A DNA stretch of 64,000 bases, taken from an uncultured Acidobacteriota bacterium. GTDB taxonomy: Bacteria; Acidobacteriota; UBA6911. The translations under genes were made by a program, and so were the position numbers. The stretch spans positions 456,232-520,231 of the forward strand of contig CAWJKZ010000024.1 of NCBI GenBank assembly GCA_963843575.1, given 5' to 3'. The notes under the pieces were generated by a model that searched no databases, had not been told where the DNA came from, and saw only the letters and a list, made by a program, of their open reading frames with translations. Of this stretch, positions 1 to 10,216 are shown piece after piece; within the stretch, counting starts at the first letter, position 1; each line of letters begins with the position of its first letter.

Positions 1-10
1 GACCAACGTC

Positions 11-1594
11 ATGACCAAGGATCCCACTCGTCCGTCGCGGCCTTGTTGTTCCTGCGCTTCGCATGCTCCCGTGGGACTCTCGGCCTCGCCGCTGAACCGC
101 CGGGAATTCATGTTCGGCCTGAGCGCGCTCACCGTCGGGGGGATGGTTCCGGGCTCGCCTGTGCTTGGCAGGAACCGCGCATCCGTTCCGCCGGGCCGAG
201 GCGCATTGCCCACGACGCCGCTCCGGGTGCAACCCGTGCTGACCTACCGGTTGCCGCAACGCCGCGAGGCGACAAGCTGGCGGGAGTGGGGCGGCCTGCA
301 GACCCAGGCCGACGTCGACCAGGAGCGGGAACGCATCGGCACGGAGCTCGCCGGGATCCAGTCCAGGGCAGAATTCCCCCTGGAGATACTCCCCCTGAGG
401 GCCGTGCAGAGTCCCGAGCAGGGGGCCGCCGCCGCCCAGGGAACACACGACGCGCTCCTGATGTACGCGGCCGGCGGCGGCGTCAATCTCCTCGAGTCAC
501 TCACGGTGCGGGACCGGTGGAACCTGATGTTTCTGCGCCACCAGCCGGGGCCGACCTACCTGTGGTACGAGATCGTGCACCCTCGTTTCCTGCGCAAGAC
601 CGTCGACGAGTACGGCCAGCCGGGCATGGACGTTCACGACGTGGTGGTCGACCGCTACGACGACCTCGTCTGGCGCTTGCGTGCGCTGCACGGATTGAAG
701 AACACGCTGAACAAGAAGATCGTGGCCGTCGGCGGGCCCGGGGGTTGGGGCGCCGGCGGCAGGAAGGCCCCGGAGACCAGCCGCACCCTCTGGAAGCTGG
801 ACATCCAGGATTACCCTTATGCTGAACTTGGGCCGCGGCTGAAGAGGGCGCGCCAGGACGGATCCCTGGTGCAGCGGTGCCGGGCGGATTCCGAGCGCTA
901 CCTGGCAGGCGGGAGCGTCGAGTTGCAGACGACGAGGGATTTTGTCGCCAACGCTTTCGTCTTGACGGAAGTCCTGAAGGACGTACTCGCGGAATCCGGG
1001 ACGGACGCCATTACCATCAATTCCTGCATGGGGACGATCATGCCCATGTCGGAGACCACCGCCTGCCTCCCCTTGAGCCTCCTGAACGACGAAGGGTACC
1101 TGGCGTTCTGCGAATCGGATTTCGTGGTGATACCCTCGGGAATCCTCCTGCACTACATCTCCGGCACCCCCGTGTTCCTGAACGACCCGACCTTTCCGCA
1201 CGACAACGTGGTCACGCTGGCGCACTGCACCGCGCCACGCCGGATGGACGGCAAAAACGCCGAACCCGCCAGGATCCTGACCCACTTCGAATCGGACTAC
1301 GGCGCCGCGCCCAAGGTCGAAATGAGCATCGGCCGGGAGTGCACGAACCTGATCCCCGATTTCGCCTGCCGCAAGTGGGTCGGCTTCCACGGCACCATCG
1401 TCGCCAATCCGTTCCTCGACATCTGCCGTTCGCAGGTGGACGTCCGCATCGACGGGGACGGCGCCGCACTACTGGAGGAGATGAAGGGCTTCCACTGGAT
1501 GATGTCCTACGGGGATTACCTGCGGGAGACGGGTTACGCCCTGAGAAAGCTGGGAATCGAATTCCACGACGTGAGCTCGCGGCGCAGCTCGTGA
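11..1594 (+). CDS. Tat-exported L-fucose/L-arabinose isomerase-like protein
   Basis: 527-aa intact ORF; NRREF twin-arginine motif plus hydrophobic stretch; C-terminal CLPLSLLNDEGYLAFCESD...AHC segment typical of the fucose-isomerase-like family. Confidence 0.7.
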   Translation: MTKDPTRPSRPCCSCASHAPVGLSASPLNRREFMFGLSALTVGGMVPGSPVLGRNRASVPPGRGALPTTPLRVQPVLTYRLPQRREATSWREWGGLQTQADVDQERERIGTELAGIQSRAEFPLEILPLRAVQSPEQGAAAAQGTHDALLMYAAGGGVNLLESLTVRDRWNLMFLRHQPGPTYLWYEIVHPRFLRKTVDEYGQPGMDVHDVVVDRYDDLVWRLRALHGLKNTLNKKIVAVGGPGGWGAGGRKAPETSRTLWKLDIQDYPYAELGPRLKRARQDGSLVQRCRADSERYLAGGSVELQTTRDFVANAFVLTEVLKDVLAESGTDAITINSCMGTIMPMSETTACLPLSLLNDEGYLAFCESDFVVIPSGILLHYISGTPVFLNDPTFPHDNVVTLAHCTAPRRMDGKNAEPARILTHFESDYGAAPKVEMSIGRECTNLIPDFACRKWVGFHGTIVANPFLDICRSQVDVRIDGDGAALLEEMKGFHWMMSYGDYLRETGYALRKLGIEFHDVSSRRSS

Positions 1595-1724
1595 TGCCGG
1601 CGGTCGTTTCCCTTTTCGAGACATCCCGCGCGCGATGCGGTTCAGACACCGATGGCCCTGCGAACTTTCTGGGCCCCGGCGGTGTAGCTAATACTAACGT
1701 TCATAAATACGCTAACGATTCCAG

Positions 1725-1807
1725 GACGCGGATTAGCGCTGATACACGCGGATGTTGACTTGGTGACAGGCCGCGTTAATTCGCGAAATCCGTGAAAATC
1801 CGCGTTC
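1725..1807. repeat. Intergenic imperfect palindrome of ~9-bp units (ACGCGGAT / ATCCGCGT)
   Basis: acgcggattagcgctgatacacgcggat ... aatccgtgaaaatccgcgtt between convergent genes. Confidence 0.55.
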
Positions 1808-1946
1808 TGCTGTGCTAACCGATGGCCAGCTCCATCGTGCGCTTGCCGACTGCCGGGTTCCATGATTTCCGTGTCCCTCCTGGCTGGCTTTTTGAAGCTG
1901 GCTTGTGAGGGAATGTCGAAGCGCCGCACTCCGGATTCGCACGCCG

Positions 1947-3937
1947 TCAGGATTGGACGATGCGCAGCGTCCAGTCGCCGCGGAGGCCCGCATTGGCGGC
2001 GGTCAGCAGGGTTCGATAGATGCGGTCGCCCCAGGAACTTCTGAGCCGGCCGTCCGCGATCTTGATCTCCTCGGTTGACGGCGTGAACACGGCCGGGTCG
2101 AACAGGATTCTCACTTTTCCCGACGGGAGCGGCTCGGTTTCGAGCGTCAGTTCGCCCGGTCCGGTCTGCACCGCGCGGTCGGCGGTCATGAGGGTCTGAG
2201 CGACGAGCCCGGCCGTGCCGGTCCGCACGTAGGAGTCCTGCACCTCGACCATGTTGCGCACGCGGTCCAGGCGCAACCGGCGGTGCCACGACTCGAGTCG
2301 GGCCGAGGTGGGGAAGGCGCCGGAAATGTCGAGGCTGAACTCGGCGGCGCCGTCGTCTGCCCGGTAGCTCACGTCGCGCGCGGCAAACGTCCGGCCGGCG
2401 GCCTGCATCACGCCGTCGATCGTCGGCAGGTTGTGGTAGCCCGACTGCATGGTCCAGATGTCGTAGCGTTGGGGGCTGAAGGTCTTGGCGGTGTAGGTTT
2501 CCACGCCCGACGTCGATGATGGCAGGGCGGCCGTCGGCATAGACGATGAAGTTGCCGACGTCGTTGTGGTTGTGGCTCTCGGCGTTGTGGCCTCCCTGCG
2601 CGGCCAGGTAGAGCCCCTCGGCCGAGCCGTCCTTCGTCGCGCGGCCATGACCTGGATTCCCGGGAACCAGGCGTCGCGCAGCAGCGGCTGGCGGCGCGGC
2701 GCGGCCTGCAGCGCGGCAGGTTGAAGAGGGCCGCGAGCTGGCGTCCCATGCTGTCGCCCGCCGCCGGGGATCCAGCCCGCCCCGTTCGGCCGCGAATGCG
2801 CCGTGCGCCTGCATCCTGGCGTCGCCGATGCGCTCGGCCGTAGCGGAAGACGAGGTCGCCCGTCCATCCTCACCTTGGCCGAGGCGTCGGCGAAGTTCAC
2901 GAAGATAGTCGTCGTCGATGTGGGCGCGGCAGATATAGAGCCCGATCTCGCGGACCAGCGGGACGCTGTAGAAATCGATCGCCCCGCCGCTTGCCGAGTG
3001 GAGCAGTTCGAGGCAGTCGAACAGCGAGCCGCCGGCGCGGAACCAGTAGCTTGGCCCTTCGTCGCAGCCGCCGTCCTCGTGGTAGGAGGCGAGGAAGCGG
3101 TCGAGGCTGCGCAGGCTCTTGTGCACGGCCGCGCGTCGCCGCGGTCTCGGCCGCGATCAGGAGCGCCGACGCAAGCCAGTTCGAAACGATCCACGGGCGT
3201 CCAGTTGTTCAGCTCGCTGCGTCCCTTCGGGTCGAGCCCCATCCACCAGAAATCGTCCCGGCTCCAGGCAGGGGGCGAGCATCCGCCGCTCGACTTCGGC
3301 GCGGAGGCGCGGCCGCAGCAGCGGCGACACCGGGTCGAGCCGTGCGCCGAGCAGGTAGTCCGTCCACGCCAGCAGGCTCGACGTCTCGGCCGCGAACAGG
3401 TCCACGACGGGCTCGGCGACGTCGGGAAGCCCGGTGCCGGCCTTCTGCATGCCCAGGTGGGCGGGCACGCCCCAGAACGTCTCCTCGCAGGTCGTCCAGA
3501 TGCCGTCGGCGATGTCGTCCAGGAATCGCGCCGTCTCCCTCGGCGCACTCCGCCAGCACCAGGGCGGCAAGCCGCTCGCGCCGGCCCCCGCGAATCCGCT
3601 CGTAGTCAGAGCGGTTGCCGACCCGCTGGTACTCCAGGAACAGCGTGGCGGGCAGCGGCGGCCAGCCGGCGCCCCGACGCCCCTCCCCTCCCGCGATGAG
3701 GGCCCGGCGCGCGTCGGCCGGCAAGGCTTCCCAGGCCGCGCGGTCCGCGGCGGCAGGGAAGGGCCGCCACGACCCCGTCGGGAGCAGGACGGCGGCGAGC
3801 TTCTCGGGAGAAAAGCTCCGGCTGAGCAGGTCGCCCCAGGCCGATTCCATCCCTCCGCGCAACTCCGGATGCGACACCGCCGGTGCGGCGAGCAGTGCTC
3901 CCCCACAGACCACGAACTGGCGCCGGCTGATCTCCAT
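1947..3937 (-). CDS. Heparinase II/III-like protein with Tat signal (several frameshifts)
   Basis: MEISRRQF start; CEETFWGVPAHL, NNWTP, DGGCDEGPSYW, GGHNAESHNHNDVGNF and YDIWTMQSGYHNLP motifs spread over several reading frames. Confidence 0.8.
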
Positions 3938-3971
3938 AATCCCTCCACTGCGCTTCGAGATTCCCGGCTAC

Positions 3972-4844
3972 CTATTCGAAGAGCTGGTCGAGATGCGGGA
4001 TCATGATCGCCGCCGCTGCGCCGGGATTCGAAGCGCCGGTCGTCTGCTTCATCAGGTGGCCGTCCTGCGGCGAAACGAGTGCGATCTGCGGGTTATCGGG
4101 GTAATCCACGACTACGACGAAGGCTTTGCCGACAGGCCTGCCGAAATCCGCTAGAGCGAAGTTGACGGCGCTCCGACCTTCCTCCGGCTTGCGGTCGGAG
4201 CCTCCCATGGACTCCCGCGTGCGAAACGTCCACTTGGACGATCCCGTGGCGGAAAGACAGATCAGTTCGCCTTCGGGTGCATCGTCCCTCGTCCCGGTGA
4301 CGGAAAGCACGACCTCCGTCTCCCCGTCGTAATCCACGTCCTGCATGAAGACCTTCCCCGGCCCCGCGTGATCGCCTTGACCCGACTCCGTCGAGAAGTT
4401 GCCGAAATCCTTCTGCCACAACTCGCGCCCCTCCTGACCGAGTACGACGAGGGAGTTCCGGTCGAGGAGATACCGTGCCGGTTGCGGGCCCCCCCTGATA
4501 CGGTATAGCGCGACCCCTGCGCCGAACAGAATCAACACGAGGCAGAGCGCGACGAGAGTGGCGCCCCTCGGGCACCAGCGGCCCAGGGCTGCCGAAGGGG
4601 GCGGCGTCGAGCCGGAGGTTGAGCTCTCCGGTGCGTCCGCGTCCGTCGCGGACGAGGTTACCTGGCGCTTCCAGGCGTCGATCTCGCCGGCCTGCGCGAA
4701 AATCCTGCCGTGCTTGCCGAGGCGGCGTTGCACCGGCAAGCCGCGATCACGCTCCCAGTTCTGGGCCGTGCGGATCGTGACCCCGAGATATCCCGCAATC
4801 TCCTTCCAAGACTCCAGTTCCGTGCAGTTCGTTTGATTGTCCAT
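3972..4844 (-). CDS. Membrane-anchored DNA-binding protein (N-terminal HTH, one TM helix, extracytoplasmic beta-rich domain)
   Basis: LESWKEIAGYLGVTIRTAQNWE HTH-like motif; TM segment LVALCLVLILFGAGVALY; DVDYDGETEV FG-GAP-like loop; likely start is MDNQ at 4844. Confidence 0.7.
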   Translation of the reverse strand: MDNQTNCTELESWKEIAGYLGVTIRTAQNWERDRGLPVQRRLGKHGRIFAQAGEIDAWKRQVTSSATDADAPESSTSGSTPPPSAALGRWCPRGATLVALCLVLILFGAGVALYRIRGGPQPARYLLDRNSLVVLGQEGRELWQKDFGNFSTESGQGDHAGPGKVFMQDVDYDGETEVVLSVTGTRDDAPEGELICLSATGSSKWTFRTRESMGGSDRKPEEGRSAVNFALADFGRPVGKAFVVVVDYPDNPQIALVSPQDGHLMKQTTGASNPGAAAAIMIPHLDQLFE

Positions 4845-5023
4845 GCCGATGTAGAATAACCTCGTCAAACCAGACTGTTCGCGGCTCGAATGTAGCACGG
4901 CGCGGGATAGGCGTAACCAAAATTGGTGCCTCCTCCCGCTCGCCCGAGCGTGCCCGCAACGAGAGGGGTACCCGGGGTCCTAGGCGCGCCGGACCGGAAC
5001 AGGAATCTTCGAGGGAGGTTATC

Positions 5024-6163
5024 GTGTCCTGTGCCCGCATACTGCTCCTGTTGGCCCTTGCCGGCCTCCAGGGCCCCACGCTGCCGCAGTTTCGCGAACA
5101 GGTGGTCAGTGGGGACCTGAAACTCGGGTACCAATTGGCCGTCGCGGACCTCAACACCGACGGCAGGAAGGACCTGATCGCCATCGATGAGCGCTCGGAC
5201 GAAGTGGCGTGGTTCGAGAATCCGGGGTGGGAGCGACACGTGCTCGCGACCGGCGTCGCGAGGCCCATCAACGCGGACTGCTGGGACGCCGACGGCGACG
5301 GCATCCCTGAGGTCGCGCTCGTTTGCGGGTTCGAAACGAACCCCGAGAAGAGCACCGGGAACCTCGTCATCCTGAAGAGCGGACCCGATGTGCGGGCGCC
5401 GTGGACGGCACGCGAGATCGATCGGGTGCCGACGGCGCACCGCGTGCGCTGGATCGATTTCGAAGGGCGCGGTGCGAAGGTGCTTCTGCTGGCACCCCTC
5501 GTCGGGGTCAAGGCCCGGGCGCCTCTCTACGAGGACACCACGCCGGTGTTCGCCTACCGGCCCGGGGCGTGGACACGCGAGGCCCTGCCGGCGTCGCGGC
5601 GCGGGATCCTGCACGCGATCACGCCTGTCCACTGGCAGGGTCGGCCCGGCGAGCAGCTCCTGACGGCGAGTTTCGAAGGACTGCACAGGCTCGAGTACCG
5701 CAACCACAAGTGGATCTCCACCCTGATCGCGCGCGGCGACCCGCGGGCGTGCCCCGAATGCGGCAGCAGCGAGGTGCGGCTCGGGCGGCTGGGCAATAAA
5801 CAGTTCCTGGCCGCCATCGAGCCCTGGCACGGCAATCAAGTCGTCGTGTACCTCCCCCGCAACTCCACCTGGACCCGGTTGGTGCTCGAAGACGGCATGG
5901 TGAACGGCCATGCCCTCGCAACGGGCGACCTCGACGGGGATGGGCGCGACGAGATCGTCGGCGGCTTCCGCGGGAAAGGGTTCGAGGTTTCGGTCTATCA
6001 GGCCGAGGACGCTTCCGGGGAGCGCTGGCGGAAAACCGTGCTGGACCGCGGGGGCGTCGCCGCCGCAGACTGCAGGATCGAGGACTTCACCGGGGACGGC
6101 AAGCCGGACATCGCCTGCATCGGAGCCTCGACCGGGAACATCAAGCTCTACCAAAACCGCTGA
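5024..6163 (+). CDS. FG-GAP/VCBS repeat exported protein
   Basis: Signal peptide; repeated DLNTDGRKD, DADGDGIPE, DLDGDGRDE and DFTGDGKPD calcium-blade motifs; GGAGG RBS. Confidence 0.8.
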   Translation: MSCARILLLLALAGLQGPTLPQFREQVVSGDLKLGYQLAVADLNTDGRKDLIAIDERSDEVAWFENPGWERHVLATGVARPINADCWDADGDGIPEVALVCGFETNPEKSTGNLVILKSGPDVRAPWTAREIDRVPTAHRVRWIDFEGRGAKVLLLAPLVGVKARAPLYEDTTPVFAYRPGAWTREALPASRRGILHAITPVHWQGRPGEQLLTASFEGLHRLEYRNHKWISTLIARGDPRACPECGSSEVRLGRLGNKQFLAAIEPWHGNQVVVYLPRNSTWTRLVLEDGMVNGHALATGDLDGDGRDEIVGGFRGKGFEVSVYQAEDASGERWRKTVLDRGGVAAADCRIEDFTGDGKPDIACIGASTGNIKLYQNR

Positions 6164-6234
6164 GAAACGAGTGGGCCGCGGCGGCCCGACGCGGCCCGGC
6201 TCGAAAAACACGGGACGGGCGCCCCCACTGAACC

Positions 6235-6492
6235 TCACCGGGGGGACAGGTCGTAACTGGACAGGGTCGACTGATTGCGGATGTACAGGTGCGCGCCGCA
6301 GACGACCGGATGCGCCCAGCTCGAGTATCCTTCGTCCTTGATCCGGAAGCGCCCCTTTTCCACGTAACCCGCGGGGCTGGCCTCGGCGAGCCCAATGGCG
6401 TTCCCCTCCGAGAGGAGGAAGACGTTGCCGTCCGCGAAGGTCAGGGACCCCTTCCCCAGGATTTCCCGCCAATAAAACGCGCTGCGGCACAT
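6235..6492 (-). pseudogene. C-terminal fragment of a PQQ-like (BamB-type) beta-propeller protein
   Basis: GKGSLTFADG...SWAHPVVCGAHLYIRNQSTLSSYDL matches the last blades of this family; the N-terminal part is absent. Confidence 0.6.
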
Positions 6493-6962
6493 CAGGGCCG
6501 CTGCGGGCCGCCGGGGCTCGCCGGAGGGGCCGGCAACATGTTTCGGATCGCGGTGATGCGCCAGCCGTCGGGGCCGCGTGTCACGATCAGAGTGCTCCAC
6601 ATCCGGCGGCTCGAGCCGTCGCGAAGCCCGGTGAGCTCGTACCTTCCGTCGACGAGTGCCACCCCGGGGGCGACGAATCGGACGGACTCCACCGCGATGG
6701 TGCGCCTTCCGCCAGAACTCCGGGAACTCGCCAGCGTGCCCGCGACAACCTCGCTCCGGCCCCTGCGCCACTCGCCGGAAGAGACGAGCTGATCGGCGTC
6801 CGCGGAGAAGAGTGCCTCCACTTCAGCCGCGTCCTGGTGGTCGCGCGCGTCCATGTATCGTTGAACGACGGCGCGGACGGCGTCGCCGTCGCTCGTCCCG
6901 CCGGTCCCCTGGGCGGCAAGAATCAGCAGAGACGCGGCAAACACTCCCGAGATGATGTGCAT
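6492..6962 (-). CDS. Exported NTF2-like (SgcJ/EcaC, DUF4440) protein
   Basis: Signal peptide; ALFSADAD..GEWRRGR and SVRFVAPGVALVDG..WRITAIR pattern. Confidence 0.75.
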   Translation of the reverse strand: MHIISGVFAASLLILAAQGTGGTSDGDAVRAVVQRYMDARDHQDAAEVEALFSADADQLVSSGEWRRGRSEVVAGTLASSRSSGGRRTIAVESVRFVAPGVALVDGRYELTGLRDGSSRRMWSTLIVTRGPDGWRITAIRNMLPAPPASPGGPQRP

Positions 6963-7107
6963 GAGGTACCCTCCGCCGGGCCGAAGCCCCTGGTTGTGCC
7001 CCGGGCGGTCCGAAGTCCGCCACCACTTGATTCTACACGGCGCACCCTGCCAGGCACGCTTTTCTTCCGGCGTCCAGCCCCCCGATTCGGGCGCCGGATC
7101 AACCTAA

Positions 7108-7347
7108 GGGTTCGCGCAAGGATAAGTTCACATTTTGGCGCGAGCGCCGGGCGGGCAGATGCCAGGCGCCGTGACGCAGGCGATGTGGTGACATCGTCGA
7201 GGAGCGGCAACGCCGCAGATGCCCGCCCGCCGCCGCGCCCCGGGGGGCTGACGGCTCCGTCAATAGCGATCTCCCATCTTTGGTTGCCTCATGATCTGTT
7301 GGCTCGGGAGCCGTCAGCAAAATGTGAAATTATTCTTGCGCGAGCCC
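7108..7347. mobile_element. 240-bp MITE / internally deleted IS with 30-bp terminal inverted repeats
   Basis: GGGTTCGCGCAAGGATAAGTTCACATTTTG (7108-7137) versus reverse complement of 7318-7347 GGGCTCGCGCAAGAATAATTTCACATTTTG: 27/30 identical; flanks are TAA and TGA. Confidence 0.8.
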
Positions 7348-7576
7348 TGAGCCTCCGGTCGCCCTCTTCCCGGGGTATCGGCTCGGAGTCGTGCGCCGTC
7401 TCCGGCCCGGCAAAAACCTCGCGGCACAGCCGGACGGTATACACAGAGCAGTCACCGCACCAATAGTAGGAGTGGGTGCACTCGTCCCCCATGATCCTGC
7501 CGGAAATGCAGACCATGCACTCCTCTCTCGCAAAGGGCCGTCCACAGCGGCTGCAGCGGACATCACTTTCCGGCAT
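7289..7576 (-). pseudogene. Small Cys-rich (Zn-ribbon-like) protein, C-terminus replaced by the MITE
   Basis: MPESDVRCSRC...YYWCGDC has two CxxC pairs; the reading frame enters the MITE inverted repeat at 7347. Confidence 0.6.
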
Positions 7577-7608
7577 GGGGCACTCTCCCCGGGTTGCCGC
7601 GCCACGAC

Positions 7609-8289
7609 TCAAGGCCGGCGCTGCCCGGTCGCGCGCGCGGGCCGCACGGAGAACCACACCTGGCAGTCGAAGGGCACCCTGTCGTTCGGGCGCGCCCCGG
7701 CCTCCCGCAGACTGCCGGCAAACGGCAGCTGGCCCGCCTGCAGCACCAGGACCTTCTCCACGCTGCTCAATTCGATCTCGAGACCCGCGTCTCGGAACAA
7801 CGGCCGCAACTCTTCGAAAATCGATGCGTCATTCGCCAGCCGCCGCACCCAGCCGTTGATGTCCCCGCCGCGGGGGACGCCCCGGGTCCTGTCCCATTCC
7901 TTCGAGCGGACCGCCGCCGCCGCAAGCCGCAGCGCCATGGTGGCATCGCGGGCCCCGTCCGGATACAGCCGTCCCCAGCTGAGCGTCCGAAATGCCCCGG
8001 CCTCCATAACCTTGCGCAGCACCTTTCCGATCCGCGGGGCCTGTTCCGCCAGGGGGAGCCCGCAATCCGAACGGTGGCGAATCACCCCACGATTGGTTTC
8101 GGACCCGAAGACGGTCCAGGAGATCCTGCAATCGTCGGACGCGATCGTGTAAATCACGTCCGCAGACTCAGGGTCGCGCTCCACCAGGACATCCTCATCG
8201 TGGGACACACCCTGATTTTCGGGCCGAAGCCCTCCCGGGCGAGCCAGCATCAGCCCGCACGCCAGCAGCAGCGACCTTCTCCTGAACAT
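7609..8289 (-). CDS. Hypothetical exported protein
   Basis: 226-aa ORF with RRR plus hydrophobic N-terminus; protein-like composition. Confidence 0.55.
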   Translation of the reverse strand: MFRRRSLLLACGLMLARPGGLRPENQGVSHDEDVLVERDPESADVIYTIASDDCRISWTVFGSETNRGVIRHRSDCGLPLAEQAPRIGKVLRKVMEAGAFRTLSWGRLYPDGARDATMALRLAAAAVRSKEWDRTRGVPRGGDINGWVRRLANDASIFEELRPLFRDAGLEIELSSVEKVLVLQAGQLPFAGSLREAGARPNDRVPFDCQVWFSVRPARATGQRRP

Positions 8290-8384
8290 CGGGATCGGTC
8301 TCCAGGTCAGACCGGCAGGCCCAACTCGCGCGCCGACAATATATTGGGACTGTACGCGTCTCCATGCGGCGATGGTTAGGCCGG

Positions 8385-9473
8385 TCAGCCTCGGGCGAAC
8401 TCGTCGTTGGCGCGCTCGATCAGGGCGCGCATGTAGGCGACGCTGTAGGCCGTGCCGGCGCGGGGGCCGCCGAGGAGCGCAGGGACGTGGTCCGCGATCA
8501 CGGCCCCGTCAAATCCGACTTCCCTCAGTGCGCGCATGATCGGGTACATCTTCGCGTAGCCTTCGTCCATGAACGTCTCGACGAAATGGGGCAAGGGGGC
8601 GTTGACGTTCCGGAAATGCACCTTGAAGATCTTGCCCTTCGCTCCGAAGTAGCGGATCGTCTCGACTACGTCCTTCCCCATGCTGGCGCCCCCCTCGAGC
8701 CAGCACCCCACGCACAGACATATGCCGACGTTGGGGCTGGCGGCGATCTCGAGCGCCCGCCGGTAGCCTTCGAAGCTGCTGAATATGCACCGCGGCACGC
8801 CCCCCAGCTCCGGCACGGGCGGGTCGTCGGGGTGAATCCCGATCCGGATCCCCAGGCGCTCGGCGACCGGGACGACCTGCCGGACGAAATGCGTGTAGTT
8901 GTCCCAGATCTCCTTTTCGCCGTACCTGCGCCCGTGCGTCAGCGGGCCCGTGAACACCTTGCCGGCCCAGTTCCCCTTGTCGGCAGTGGCCAGGTCGAAG
9001 GCGCGTGCCGAGGCGCCGCCGCGCGCAGCCTCGCGCCCCGTGCTCCAGATGCCGTTGCCCATGTGCGCGTAGGTCGTGTAGCGGACCCCCGCTTTGCCGA
9101 GGTTCTCGAGATACTCCTTGTACTCTTCGACCTTGCGGTCGCGCCCCGGCAGGTTCAGCGTGACCTCTTCCATGTTGTGGACGTTGCTGTTTCCTATGTT
9201 CCAAACCTTCAACGACGCCGCCTCGACCTTTTCCTTGAGCCGGACGAAGTTCTCGAGCGTGGCGTCTTTCCCGCCGGTGTTCAGGTTGACGTACTCCACC
9301 CCGAGCTGTTTGACGAACTGGAGGTCTTCGTCCGACGGATTGCCGCCGACCTGAACCGAAATCCTGATTCCCGCGTCGCGCCGCGCCGCCGACTGGAAAG
9401 GCGCGGCGGCGCCGATGCCCGAAATCGCCGCCGCAGCGGTGATCCTGGTGAATTCCCTTCGGCCGAGTGTCAT
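8385..9473 (-). CDS. uxuA: Mannonate dehydratase family protein with Tat signal
   Basis: GRREF Tat motif; HPDDPP, CLCVGC, KVHFRNV, FVETFMDEG and IADH motifs of the UxuA family. Confidence 0.8.
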   Translation of the reverse strand: MTLGRREFTRITAAAAISGIGAAAPFQSAARRDAGIRISVQVGGNPSDEDLQFVKQLGVEYVNLNTGGKDATLENFVRLKEKVEAASLKVWNIGNSNVHNMEEVTLNLPGRDRKVEEYKEYLENLGKAGVRYTTYAHMGNGIWSTGREAARGGASARAFDLATADKGNWAGKVFTGPLTHGRRYGEKEIWDNYTHFVRQVVPVAERLGIRIGIHPDDPPVPELGGVPRCIFSSFEGYRRALEIAASPNVGICLCVGCWLEGGASMGKDVVETIRYFGAKGKIFKVHFRNVNAPLPHFVETFMDEGYAKMYPIMRALREVGFDGAVIADHVPALLGGPRAGTAYSVAYMRALIERANDEFARG

Positions 9474-9732
9474 GGAACGCCTCCGTTGGTGGAGGGGCCA
9501 TCATAACCCAGGAGGCGTGCTTCCGGGGCGCCTGTTGAAGAGTGCGGGCCCTTCCCACCGATCTGCGTGGTGCTGACCCTGGAGGACTGCGGGGAAGGGC
9601 CGCGGCCTCCTGCAGTTTTGGCGTGCGCGCACAGGGTTGTCGGGAGCATACTCGCCGGGAGCAGGCGTTGAGCGCGCGTCGGCTTGGGAGTGCTGAAGCC
9701 GCGCCGACACCCTTCAGCCCGGGAGTTGTCCA

Positions 9733-10176
9733 ATGAGCAAGCGCATACTGGTCGCAGTCAAGAGCGTGGAAGAAGCTGAGATGTTGACGCGTCTGGCCGC
9801 CTCTCTGGCGCCCGAGGGCGGTGTGGCAATACTGGTGCACGTGATCGAGTTGCCGGACCCGACTCCCCTGGATGCGGACATTCCGGACCTCGAAGGCGCG
9901 GGCCACGAGGCCTTGGAAGCGGCGGAGCGTGTCGCCCGGCTTCACGGGTTCGACGTCGTCGTGCGCCTGCTGCGGGCCCGCGACGCGGGCGACGCCCTGA
10001 TCGACGAGATGGAGTCGGCCCCGGCGGACATGGCGGTGATCGGCTATCACCACGACCGTACGTTCAGGGACTTCATGCTGGGCACCACGTCGCAATACCT
10101 GATGAAGCACACCCCTTGCCCACTCGTTTGCCTGGTCCCTGCACGAGGCGAACGGCAGACCCCGACGGTGGGGTAG
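9733..10176 (+). CDS. Universal stress protein (UspA family)
   Basis: KRILVAV, LVHVIE and VIGYH...MLGTTSQYLMKHTPCPLVCL. Confidence 0.85.
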   Translation: MSKRILVAVKSVEEAEMLTRLAASLAPEGGVAILVHVIELPDPTPLDADIPDLEGAGHEALEAAERVARLHGFDVVVRLLRARDAGDALIDEMESAPADMAVIGYHHDRTFRDFMLGTTSQYLMKHTPCPLVCLVPARGERQTPTVG

Positions 10177-10216
10177 TAGCAGCAACGCGAATTCACCGCA
10201 GGGAATCCGAGGTGTT

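Noticed and set aside
9480-9730. Riboswitch or ncRNA between uxuA and usp
   Set aside because: Only generic GC-rich hairpins are present, with no recognisable conserved riboswitch motif.
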